A stretch of DNA of 64,000 bases, taken from NCBI RefSeq assembly GCF_036659115.1, contig NZ_JAVXDF010000001.1. One strand, given 5' to 3'. The translations under genes and the position numbers were made by a program. Position 1 is the first letter of the stretch, and every line of letters begins with the position of its first letter. The notes beneath the pieces were generated by a model, which saw only the letters and a program-made list of their open reading frames with translations, searched no databases and was not told where the DNA came from. Source of the DNA: Gordonibacter sp. GTDB lineage: Bacteria; Actinomycetota; Coriobacteriia; Coriobacteriales; Eggerthellaceae. Positions 19,692-29,103 of this stretch are shown here, piece by piece.

Positions 19692-20236
19692 AGGCCGTTG
19701 TAATGTATCGATCCAACACCGGGTTCACCCGTCGTTATGCGACCTGGATTGCCGAAGAGCTGGGGTGCGAGGCGATTGATATGGCGGTATCGCCTGTCGA
19801 TGTGGGTGACTTTGACGTGGTGGTGTTTGGCAGCTGGTTCCACGCTGCGCTGGTTCCTGGATCGAAGGAGTGCAAGCACCTGATGGCCGAGCACCCCGAT
19901 GTGCCGTTCGTGGTATTCGGCGTGGGCGCGACGAAGCCCGAGGAGACCGAGCAGACGGCCGAGGCGCTTGAACGAACCTATCCCAAGGCTGACTACCCGG
20001 ACCTGCCGCGCTTCTACCTGCGTGGGGGGTTCGATTACCCCTCCCTTTCCTTTATGGACAAGATGCTCATGAAGATGATGTTCAAGGAATTGGAAAAGAA
20101 GGCGGCCTCGGGCGATGCTGACGCGGCAGAGGGCCTGGCTGGTATGCGCGAGGGATTCGATGCCACTGATAGGGAGGCTATCGGGCCGCTTGTTGCCTGT
20201 GCGAAAGAGCTTGCGGCGGGCAGAGCCTGCCGGTAA
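19688..20236 (+). CDS. Flavodoxin-domain protein (HemG/Flavodoxin_5-like)
   Basis: YRSNTGFTRRYATWIAEEL FMN loop, FYLRGGFDY; ATGA overlap with tetR. Confidence 0.85.
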   Translation: MKAVVMYRSNTGFTRRYATWIAEELGCEAIDMAVSPVDVGDFDVVVFGSWFHAALVPGSKECKHLMAEHPDVPFVVFGVGATKPEETEQTAEALERTYPKADYPDLPRFYLRGGFDYPSLSFMDKMLMKMMFKELEKKAASGDADAAEGLAGMREGFDATDREAIGPLVACAKELAAGRACR

Positions 20237-20372
20237 GCGATAAAATATGCTTACAAGCAGGGTTCGAAGTAGCGTGCGGCAACTCCTGTTGGACTGGAGC
20301 TAGCGGACGCAGTGCCTCATGAGGCTGGGGTTTTCGTCGACATCATGCGCCTCGTGCGGAGAAGAAGCCGGG

Positions 20373-20909
20373 CTACCGGCGCGTTTCGGACTTCTCCACG
20401 CATTGCGCAAGGAAGTCTTTCACGCTGTCGCGCTCCATGTTCAGCGAGATGGAAAGCTCGTCGCACAGCAGGCCCTCCGCCAATTCGAGGTACTTCTTGT
20501 CGGTGGCCGTGATCTGGCGCCCGCTGTCGGTCCTTCGCAGCGTGCGCTCGCGTACGGATTTCATGATGGGGATGAGATCCTTCGGGGCGAACGTCTTGAG
20601 GTGACGGTCGTATTCTTCCCTGATATGCCGATCCAGCAGCACGGGGGTATTCGCACCTGGTCGGAGTGCATCTACGTCGATGCTTTCCGTGTCGGCTATA
20701 GAGTCGATGAGCGAAAGCGCCTCCTTGCGCGTCATGGTGGGCCGCAGTGCGGGAGGTGCCGCGTCGTCGATGGCTACGAAGAGCTTCAGCGAGTTTTCGA
20801 ACAAAGCGTGCAGCTCGAAGTAGTCCTTGCCTTCGAAGTATCCTTCTCGGATGCTGACCACTTCGCAGACGTGGTGATGGTAGACGACGATGTCTCCTGG
20901 CGAAAACAT
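20373..20909 (-). CDS. CarD-family transcriptional regulator
   Basis: MFSPGDIVVY N-terminal beta domain and DKKYLELAEGLLCDELSISL C-terminus; RBS GGAGG. Confidence 0.8.
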   Translation of the reverse strand: MFSPGDIVVYHHHVCEVVSIREGYFEGKDYFELHALFENSLKLFVAIDDAAPPALRPTMTRKEALSLIDSIADTESIDVDALRPGANTPVLLDRHIREEYDRHLKTFAPKDLIPIMKSVRERTLRRTDSGRQITATDKKYLELAEGLLCDELSISLNMERDSVKDFLAQCVEKSETRR

Positions 20910-21043
20910 AATGACCTCCGATTGGTCGGATAGGGTAGACGACAGGTGCTGTGTATCGCGTCAGAAAGGTGGCGCAGAACAGTTTAATTTATTATACCAG
21001 TTCAGATCCCTTAAGGCGATGCTCGCGCCCTCGGTGTGCGTAA

Positions 21044-21073
21044 ATGTCTACATGTCTACATGTCTACATGTCT
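21044..21073. repeat. 8-bp tandem repeat (ATGTCTAC) x3.75
   Basis: atgtctac atgtctac atgtctac atgtct. Confidence 0.9.
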
Positions 21074-21475
21074 GGAAGTTAAGACAGACGCAGTGCAAGT
21101 TCAATTGCACTTAAAGTGGCAATCAATCAAAATTAAATTCCGGCAGATTCCGGCAGATTCCCCTCGCTCTGTTTGAGGGGACGGTCGGCTATGGGGCGAA
21201 GTCTTGCTATAATGAAATACGTAAAAAAGCAACCCGTTGCTATGCCTGGTGCCAGTGAATTCCGCGTAGGATTGGCGATCGATCTTGTGCTGAGGGGCGG
21301 GGTGTTGAGGACTTTGAAGGGCGCGGGCGTGATGAGGGCGCCCAAGACGTTCGCTGTGGCTCATGGGAGTGTGGCTCTGACTGTTGCTCCATCTTGCACT
21401 ATCAGCTTGCAAGCAAAAGGTTCAGAGCGGGCGCTTGCGGAGCGCGACCAATAATCGATACGGATCTACGGAGGT

Positions 21476-22591
21476 ATGATTGTGCGGGAATCCTCCACGA
21501 TGTTCTCCTTTGAGACAAAGGGAGTCCGCGGTGCTTGCGATGTTGACGAAGATGCCGAGAGTGATCTTCGCGCTGGCGCAGCCTTGCCTGTGTCGGATGT
21601 TCTTTTACCGCTGACTGATGCTGTATTTGAACCAGGAGGGGCGTTTGGGGCTGTTCGGGAAATAGGCGATTCTTGTTCGCGCGACGTGGCGCTTGCTGAA
21701 TATCATTACTATCGTGGCGAGGCTCAAAAATGTTCTGATGTTGTCGAGCCTTATCTCACATCTTGCGATCCCTTGATCCGCCTTGCCTCTTGTTGGCTTT
21801 ACGGCTACGCGAACCTTGCGCTCAATCGCACGCCTCTCACGCGCAAAGCGATCGTGCAAGTACATGAGATGTTTGAAGATCTATCGTTTTGTGCATCTCG
21901 TCCTCGCCTTATGGCATCGGCTATCCTTGTTGAGACGGGGTCGGCCACGTTGCTGCATCTTCCGGTTCCAAAGGATATTCCGCCGCTTGCTATGGCGATG
22001 TGCGAACTTCCCGAAGGTTTGCGTCTGTTTGCTGCTTATGTGAACGCTCATCGGCTCTACCTTAGGGGAGACCATGCTGCGTCCATCGGTCTAGCCGAAG
22101 GCTCTTTGGCTTTTTTAACGGCATCACATCCTATTCCTGAAATTTATGTCCACTTGGTTTGCGTTATGAATTATATGAGCTTGCGTCAGGCTGACAAAGC
22201 GCGCGAGCACTTCATGGCTGCATGGGAGCTTGCTCGCCCCGATGGCCTCATCGAGCCTTTCGGCGAGCATCATGGCCTGATGGGCGGCATGTTGGAGCAA
22301 TGTCTCAAGCACGATTGGCCCGATGACTTCAAGCGCATTGTCGATATTACCTATCGTTTTGCTTACGGATGGCGGCGTATTCATAATCAGGCCACGAGTA
22401 GCACGGTGGCCGACACCTTGTCGACCACGCAGTTTACCTGCGCTATGCTGGCAAGTCGTAGCTGGACCAACAAGGAGATTGCGGAGCACCTCGGGTTATC
22501 GGCTAGCACGGTTAAGACCTATCTCTCTGAAGCATATGCTAAGCTGGGTATTACGCGGCGATGCCAGCTTGCACCTTTTATGCTCAAGTGA
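21476..22591 (+). CDS. LuxR-family regulator (helical N-terminus, C-terminal HTH)
   Basis: LSTTQFTCAMLASRSWTNKEIAEHLGLSASTVKTYLSEAYAKLGI; RBS GGAGG. Confidence 0.9.
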   Translation: MIVRESSTMFSFETKGVRGACDVDEDAESDLRAGAALPVSDVLLPLTDAVFEPGGAFGAVREIGDSCSRDVALAEYHYYRGEAQKCSDVVEPYLTSCDPLIRLASCWLYGYANLALNRTPLTRKAIVQVHEMFEDLSFCASRPRLMASAILVETGSATLLHLPVPKDIPPLAMAMCELPEGLRLFAAYVNAHRLYLRGDHAASIGLAEGSLAFLTASHPIPEIYVHLVCVMNYMSLRQADKAREHFMAAWELARPDGLIEPFGEHHGLMGGMLEQCLKHDWPDDFKRIVDITYRFAYGWRRIHNQATSSTVADTLSTTQFTCAMLASRSWTNKEIAEHLGLSASTVKTYLSEAYAKLGITRRCQLAPFMLK

Positions 22592-22974
22592 TTGGTGCGT
22601 CGCAACGGTGTCGCTCAGTACTCCTGGAGCAGGATGGGGTGATAGCCCGCCATCCGCTGTGATGAAGGTGCTGACGCACACCCTTTCCGATTACTTGTTT
22701 TAGCGAGGTTGTGCTTTTCGTTACATTCGAGAATGCTTGATCCTCCATCTCCGGTTGTACTGTCATGCGCAAGGTTGTTTCAAGGCGCTTTCGAACATCG
22801 AAAACACGTGTTTAAATGCCCGATTTCCTCCTTTGATGGAGGTGGTGCGCCTCAATCGTGCGCTCTATGATAATTCCATTGGGATAACTCGTTTTATCCC
22901 CCCTCCAAACCATCCTCCGGGGAGATGCGTCTCGTCTTGTTGCGAGCCATTGGACGTAGTAAGGTGGCATTCTT

Positions 22975-25900
22975 GTGAAACGATATTCTCTTGACGATTT
23001 TCCCTATTTCAGCGATAGGGGAGAAGTGCGGAGCGTGCCGGAGCATCCGTGCGGCACCTTTTCGACTGAGGCAATCTACGATGAGCCGGACAAGGTTCGA
23101 GGGGATGTCACGCGCCGTGATTTTCTGAAAATGATGGGCGTTGCAGGCGTAATGGGGCTTGTTTCTTGGCGCGGGACGCTTGTGCAAGCCTATGCGGACG
23201 AGCAAGGCGAGACTGCCTACACCATTACCGTATTTAAGCGTTGGGAAATCCCCATTATTTTTTATGATGTGTCGGCAAGCCCCCATGTGCCAGTTGGCAG
23301 TGCGACCATGAATGTTCATTCGTGGTCGACAGGGAAAGATACGGGTGCCCTTATTGCCAATCAGGAGGGTTACGTGGTACTCGATGCGCGATCGATGTGC
23401 GAGAAACCCAACGACGACGGTACCTATTCTTTTTCTGGCTCCCTTCTGGTTTCAAAAGCAGGCTATCGCACCTACGAGACGGGGCTTGCCCATTTTACGA
23501 GCGGCGTAGAGATTGATGCGGCAACCGAGCCTGATGACGGCACTCCGTATTTACAGTGCGTCACCTTCGATGATTGGGATATCCAATACGCCAAGCAAAC
23601 GGGGTTCACGCGTTCTGTCCCAAACGATGCCGACCATACTTTTCTCGTTAAACTTGCAGGTGGCAATCTTGCGTCTTCCACGGTTACGGTCTATCAGGCC
23701 AGCGGACATGAGGTGGGGTCTGTCTCTCCGAATAAAAATGCTGACGGAACCTATACGGCGCAGTTCACGGGGCGCTATCTTGGCGTGTCGAAAGAAGCCT
23801 GCCTCGATGCAGATAGCCCGGTTTTCATCAAAGTTGTTCTGGGAAGCAGCACGCTCACCGCTACAACGACAATGGTGGTGGAAGAAGCGTTCTTCGAGAC
23901 GGCTGTTATGCGCAAAAAAACGGATGCCGATATCTTCAGTTGGCTTGCGGCGGTAATTCCCACCAAAGATGAGATCGTGAGCGAGATGCCCGAGATACAA
24001 GGATCGGGTATCTCGATCCATATTCCCAACACGGTCCCTGTCCTTGGTGGCCAAGATGTGTCGCTGCCTATTCCAGGCTGCTTCGTGTCGCTCTCCATAG
24101 ATCCGAGCGGTCTCTATATGCTTATGGTCGAATACAGCGGATCGAAGTCGCTCTACGAGACAGGACGTGCAGGCGCGGGCGATTGGAAGACAGCGAACGC
24201 AAAGAACACGTGGGATAAGGCGCTGACGGAGTTCAACGACTATCGGGATACGTATAGCAAAGACAACCTGGACTGGTTATACAATCCCCCACAGTCCAAG
24301 AAGTTCTTCGGGAACTTCGATTTCACCCTTTCGGCGGGTTTGGGTATTGTTCTGCGCAAAATCGGCACCGAGGCAGATAAACTCAAGGAAGCGTATCCCG
24401 GCTTCGACTATTTGCTCGAAGGCGGCCTCGTGGGGTATGTGTCCCTTGGCTTGAGCTTTACCTACACATGGCAGTTTTTCATTTCAGGTTTTTTCCCGGT
24501 ATTCATACAGTTCGGCTTTGCGCTGAATAGCAAGATTACTGTCGAAGGCCAGTTGTTTGCGTGGAAGCACCAGAGTGGAGAGATGTATCCGCTTGGTATA
24601 ACCCCTAACAAAACCGCCGTTCCTGATGCCAGCGGTTTGGTTTGGAAGAGCGATTTGGGTATCACGTTGTCGATTGGCATAGGGATTGCTGGTGTTGCTT
24701 CTGTGTCTTTGCGCGGCTGTGCGATGTTCATCTACACTCTTTCTTACTTCTTTCATGATCCTTACAAAGGCACTACTCTGGAATCATCGCATGGGAACCC
24801 GCGCCACCGGGTAGTTTTCTCCCTTGGTGTGGATATTTGCGTACAGATACTTCTGTTCAAGTTTTCGTGTCCCCTTGCCTACGGCAGCTGGACGCTAGCT
24901 GACAGCTGGTCTGCCGCATCCCAGGAAGCCTCGCTTGACGACCTATCGACGATGGCGCAGTACCCTGCTTTACATGCGACTCCAGACGGACATTCGTCGA
25001 GTAAGCAGCTGTTCGGGCAGGGGGGCGCGGTTTTGTCCGCAGACGATTTCGTAATGGTGACGCAGGAAGAGTTGCTTGGTTGTGCTGAGTTCGCGCAGTC
25101 TGGTGCGAATCCGTTTATCTTGCAGGAAGGCGCTGCTGGGACGGAGGTCGAAGAGCCGGTTTTTGAGCATATAGAGGGGCGCGGCGCAACGTACTTATCC
25201 CATCCTTCGTTAGCGTCTGCTGTTGCTGGGCGCGGGGAAGAAGCGGCTCAGCCGGTTGAGACGCTTGCCTACAGCAATGTGTTCTCCAACCCACGTATGC
25301 AGATCGTCTCTTTCAAGGATAAAAAGTTCTTGCTGCGCATTCTTCCGGTGAAGTTGGCCGACGGAACCTCGCGGACGCGCCTTACCATTGCCGCTTACGC
25401 GGAGGATAAGGGCTGTTGGACGGAGGGCGTTGTGGTGGAGAACGGTCCTTACCGTTGGGCGGAGAACCGTGCGAATTTGTATGACTATGACTTTGCGGTG
25501 GAGGTGCTCGATCCGTACAACGGGCACCTTGCCTATATGTGGGACGGTATCATGCGGGTGGTGCTGGTGTCGGGTACGCGGCCGGGCAATGCGGGCGATC
25601 TAGGGGAGGCTGCTGGGTTTACCGTGCTCTCGGTGCTGGAAATTGATGAGAGTTACAAGGTGAAGCAAGTTCTTTCCACCAAGACCTTCGAAGGTTTTTC
25701 GGGGGATTCGTATCGTATGGTCTCCCAGCCGTTCGTTAGCACTTGTTCGGCTATTCCTGATGATGAGAAGATTCTCAAAAAGGATTCTGGATACGCTACT
25801 GTGGCGGGTGCTTTTGTGCGCACGGCGGCAAGTGCGCGAGCGCTTGTCGAGGGTCCCTACTTGGAATCTCCGGTGCTGTGGTCAGATCGGAATATCGGTG

Positions 25901-27495
25901 GTGCCTGGAAGAGCACAGTCGCTTTCTTCAGCTTAACCGAAAAAGCAACCGAGAAGGCGCCGGCATCGTTTGCGGATGGCCGTATGAAATCTGATCTCGC
26001 CTTTATTGTCCAGCCTGCGTCGAGCATCCATACGTTGCGCCTTGCCTGGTTCTATACTATCCAGAACGCTGATGGTACTTCGGCTGGCAGGTTGCTCACT
26101 TGTTCTTTTGATGCCGATAAGCAAGTGAACGGCGATGGGCTCTCCGGAATAATGACGACGGACTACACCTCGCTTGATATCGTGAATGCAGGTGGCGTGC
26201 AGCCGTGGTACACCAAGATTCATCATGATGAAAAGAACGGCATTATGGCTTATGATGAACGGGTACCAGAGGGTTTTCTGGTGTCCGGTGGCACTAATGA
26301 CGACCCCGTTTTGATGCGCCTTGTCGTGGCGGCGGACGGTAGCGCCACACAAACCGAAGTATCGCTTGAGAATAAATTCAAATTGGGGAAGTTTGCGCTT
26401 TCGCTCGATGGCAATACCGTCTTTTATGCAGTCATACGCGACGGCAAGGAGCCTGAAACCTATGACCCACTTGGCAACAAGATTGCAGGAAAGGAAGTTA
26501 AAGAGTATGCCATCTGCGCGCAGACCTGTGTGTACAACGCGGCGAAGGAATATCGTTTCACAAAGCCGTTTACGCTGTGTCATCTCGCGCATCCGGTGGA
26601 CAGTTTTGTAGCTATAGAGGCACCTGATAGCTATTGTTTCCTGTTCTCGCAGATAACCGATCTCTCGAAAAGTCTCTCAGACATCTATTACTGTACGTTG
26701 CCCAAGATTTTGGGAGCAACCATCACGGGTTTTGGTAGTGTGCATCGCTTCGTTTGCGCAGGTTCTGAGGAGCCTTTCTATGTGAATGCACGTAATGATG
26801 GCAATAAGATCACCAGCGCGTTCGATCTGCGGATAGCTACCGTCGACGGCACTTATTCAAGTACGGTTCATCTCGATCTTGCCTCGAAGGAGGTTTCCAC
26901 CATCGTGGGCCTTGCTGATGGAGGCGGGGTGGGGACGCAGTCAAGCGGGGATGCTCCTTCGGCGGACCCTTCTTTCGGCGAGGTTGCACCACCTTCTTTG
27001 AGTGCGGTGGCCGAGGCGGGTGCGCTGCTGCCTACGGAAGAGCGTCGCTACGAGTTCAAGTGGACGGTGCCTGAGAGCTGGGAGGGGGATGTGGATCTTG
27101 AGGCTCAGGTTGTACCGGGAAGCGTGAAGCTCTCGACCGTGCCTGTTGCTGCCGAGATCGAGAACGAGGATGCCTTGCTTCAGGCCTCTGGAATACCGAC
27201 GCTGAGCGAGATTGTTCCGGTGAGGGCATTTGTGGACATCTACGCCGAGAGTGCAGGAAGCATGTCGATGGTCGATACGGTCCAAAAGAGCTCCTACGCT
27301 TGGTCGGGCTCGCAAGGCAACGGCCCGAGTGGCGGGGGTACCGCACCTGATAAGAGCGGCACCGTGGCAACCTCCGACTCGTTTGGCCCGCTTGCGGCTA
27401 TTGCGGCAGTTGCTTCTGTAGCTGGCGCAGGTCTTGCTGTCTACAGTACCCGGAGAAAGAGGATAGAAGAGGCTGGGAAAGATGAAGGGAGATAG
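22975..27495 (+). CDS. Large exported surface protein with Tat signal and sortase-like C-terminal anchor
   Basis: TRRDFLK plus hydrophobic stretch and AYA cleavage site; C-terminal Gly/Ser linker, VATSD, TM segment and RRKR tail. Exact start uncertain. Confidence 0.8.
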   Translation: MKRYSLDDFPYFSDRGEVRSVPEHPCGTFSTEAIYDEPDKVRGDVTRRDFLKMMGVAGVMGLVSWRGTLVQAYADEQGETAYTITVFKRWEIPIIFYDVSASPHVPVGSATMNVHSWSTGKDTGALIANQEGYVVLDARSMCEKPNDDGTYSFSGSLLVSKAGYRTYETGLAHFTSGVEIDAATEPDDGTPYLQCVTFDDWDIQYAKQTGFTRSVPNDADHTFLVKLAGGNLASSTVTVYQASGHEVGSVSPNKNADGTYTAQFTGRYLGVSKEACLDADSPVFIKVVLGSSTLTATTTMVVEEAFFETAVMRKKTDADIFSWLAAVIPTKDEIVSEMPEIQGSGISIHIPNTVPVLGGQDVSLPIPGCFVSLSIDPSGLYMLMVEYSGSKSLYETGRAGAGDWKTANAKNTWDKALTEFNDYRDTYSKDNLDWLYNPPQSKKFFGNFDFTLSAGLGIVLRKIGTEADKLKEAYPGFDYLLEGGLVGYVSLGLSFTYTWQFFISGFFPVFIQFGFALNSKITVEGQLFAWKHQSGEMYPLGITPNKTAVPDASGLVWKSDLGITLSIGIGIAGVASVSLRGCAMFIYTLSYFFHDPYKGTTLESSHGNPRHRVVFSLGVDICVQILLFKFSCPLAYGSWTLADSWSAASQEASLDDLSTMAQYPALHATPDGHSSSKQLFGQGGAVLSADDFVMVTQEELLGCAEFAQSGANPFILQEGAAGTEVEEPVFEHIEGRGATYLSHPSLASAVAGRGEEAAQPVETLAYSNVFSNPRMQIVSFKDKKFLLRILPVKLADGTSRTRLTIAAYAEDKGCWTEGVVVENGPYRWAENRANLYDYDFAVEVLDPYNGHLAYMWDGIMRVVLVSGTRPGNAGDLGEAAGFTVLSVLEIDESYKVKQVLSTKTFEGFSGDSYRMVSQPFVSTCSAIPDDEKILKKDSGYATVAGAFVRTAASARALVEGPYLESPVLWSDRNIGGAWKSTVAFFSLTEKATEKAPASFADGRMKSDLAFIVQPASSIHTLRLAWFYTIQNADGTSAGRLLTCSFDADKQVNGDGLSGIMTTDYTSLDIVNAGGVQPWYTKIHHDEKNGIMAYDERVPEGFLVSGGTNDDPVLMRLVVAADGSATQTEVSLENKFKLGKFALSLDGNTVFYAVIRDGKEPETYDPLGNKIAGKEVKEYAICAQTCVYNAAKEYRFTKPFTLCHLAHPVDSFVAIEAPDSYCFLFSQITDLSKSLSDIYYCTLPKILGATITGFGSVHRFVCAGSEEPFYVNARNDGNKITSAFDLRIATVDGTYSSTVHLDLASKEVSTIVGLADGGGVGTQSSGDAPSADPSFGEVAPPSLSAVAEAGALLPTEERRYEFKWTVPESWEGDVDLEAQVVPGSVKLSTVPVAAEIENEDALLQASGIPTLSEIVPVRAFVDIYAESAGSMSMVDTVQKSSYAWSGSQGNGPSGGGTAPDKSGTVATSDSFGPLAAIAAVASVAGAGLAVYSTRRKRIEEAGKDEGR

Positions 27496-27681
27496 GGCGC
27501 AAGTACGCTGTTGCCGGCATAGGGAGAGCTTGTCCTAAAAACTCCCTTACGCTGCGGTGCCGAGAAGCCGAATGAAACGGCTGCCAGGAGGAGTGCTCCC
27601 TGGCAGCCGTTGTCATGCTTCGGCGTGTTCGTTGCGGAACGTCCGCCGCTGATTCGTTTTTTCGCGCTGCTCCGAGTACCG

Positions 27682-28272
27682 CTACGGGGTGAATGGGCGC
27701 GAGGTATCGGCGATTTTATCCTTGTTGGGCAGTACGGTGTCCAATATAAGCTGGATAAGGTGGTCAATAGGCATGCCTTCGGGGTTCGTGATCCATTGGC
27801 TCACCGCTGCAAGCAGGCCCGACAGGTAAAACTCGCGCAAAAGGGCGCGCTCCTCGTCGGTGCAGCCATCGGCGGGGATCAGCAGGCTTTCCACCAGCGG
27901 CGCGATGATGGCCTTCAGCTTGCGGTTGAATGCTGGGTCGCCGCGGTCGCCCAGCAGTACTGATACGTAGGGCTCGTACGCACGGGTGAGCTGCAGGATA
28001 AAACCCATGTGACGTTTGAAGTCGGGCTCGTCGCCCTGCAAGAGCTTCTCGTCGATAAGTGTGCGGATCATGCCCAGAAGCTCTTCTTCTATCTGGGAGA
28101 ACAGGTCGTAGACATCCTTGTAGTACAGGTAGAACGTTCCCCGGTTGTATCCGGCGGCATCGGTGATCTCCTTGATGGAGATTTTGTCGATGGGCTTCTG
28201 TTCGTAGAGTTGCCAGAAAGCCTCGCGTATTTTGGCCTTCGTAAGCTCGGTGACCTGCGACTGCTTCTTCAT
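27682..28272 (-). CDS. TetR/AcrR family regulator
   Basis: TKAKIREAFWQL...ISIKEITDAAGYNRGTFYLYYKD; divergent from the ABC operon. Confidence 0.92.
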   Translation of the reverse strand: MKKQSQVTELTKAKIREAFWQLYEQKPIDKISIKEITDAAGYNRGTFYLYYKDVYDLFSQIEEELLGMIRTLIDEKLLQGDEPDFKRHMGFILQLTRAYEPYVSVLLGDRGDPAFNRKLKAIIAPLVESLLIPADGCTDEERALLREFYLSGLLAAVSQWITNPEGMPIDHLIQLILDTVLPNKDKIADTSRPFTP

Positions 28273-28397
28273 GCCAGCTCCTTGTTCTCGCTTTGCTCAA
28301 CACTCTGGGCCATATTGTCGATTGATATCGTTATTCTAGCAATCCTATACTGTAATCAGTCAACAAGTTGTTCAGTGATAGAGAGCGAAACACGGCT

Positions 28398-29099
28398 ATG
28401 GCATATATTGAATTCAACGAGGTCGTCAAAGCGTATGGCGAAGGCGACGTGGCCATCAAGGCTTTGGATGGCGCATCGTTTTGCGTGGAAGAAGGCGAGC
28501 TGGCCGTGATCTTGGGCGCGTCGGGAGCGGGAAAGACCACGGCGCTGAACATTCTCGGCGGCATGGATGCGGCTACGTCGGGCGAGGTCATCGTGGCCGG
28601 TCGCGACGTTGCTCGCTTGAGCGAGTCGGAGTTGGTGGAGTACCGCCGCTCCGACATCGGCTTCGTGTTCCAGTTCTACAACCTCGTACCCAACCTGACG
28701 GCGCTTGAGAACGTGGAGTTAGCGGCGCAGATATGCGGCGACTGCCTCGATGCTGCCGACACGCTTGCCCAGGTGGGGCTGGCCGATCGTACGGACAACT
28801 TTCCGGCACAGCTCTCCGGTGGCGAGCAGCAGCGGGTGGCCATCGCCCGCGCGCTGGCCAAAAATCCCAAGCTGCTGCTGTGCGACGAGCCGACGGGCGC
28901 GCTCGACTACGCCACGGGCAAACAGATCCTGCAGCTTTTGCAGGACACGTGCCGCGAGCGGGGCATCACCGTCGTTATCATCACGCATAATGCGGCGCTG
29001 GCTCCCATGGCCGACCGCCTCATCCGCTTCAAGAACGGCCGCGTGTTCGAGATGGACGTGAACGAGCACCCCGTGTCCATAGCCGAGATCGAGTGGTGA
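28398..29099 (+). CDS. ABC transporter ATP-binding protein (MacB/LolD type)
   Basis: [33 protein letters not shown]. Confidence 0.95.
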   Translation: MAYIEFNEVVKAYGEGDVAIKALDGASFCVEEGELAVILGASGAGKTTALNILGGMDAATSGEVIVAGRDVARLSESELVEYRRSDIGFVFQFYNLVPNLTALENVELAAQICGDCLDAADTLAQVGLADRTDNFPAQLSGGEQQRVAIARALAKNPKLLLCDEPTGALDYATGKQILQLLQDTCRERGITVVIITHNAALAPMADRLIRFKNGRVFEMDVNEHPVSIAEIEW

Positions 29100-29103
29100 T
29101 ACC

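Noticed and set aside
20319-20933. 204-aa plus-strand ORF
   Set aside because: Antisense to the CarD-family gene; no RBS or motif.
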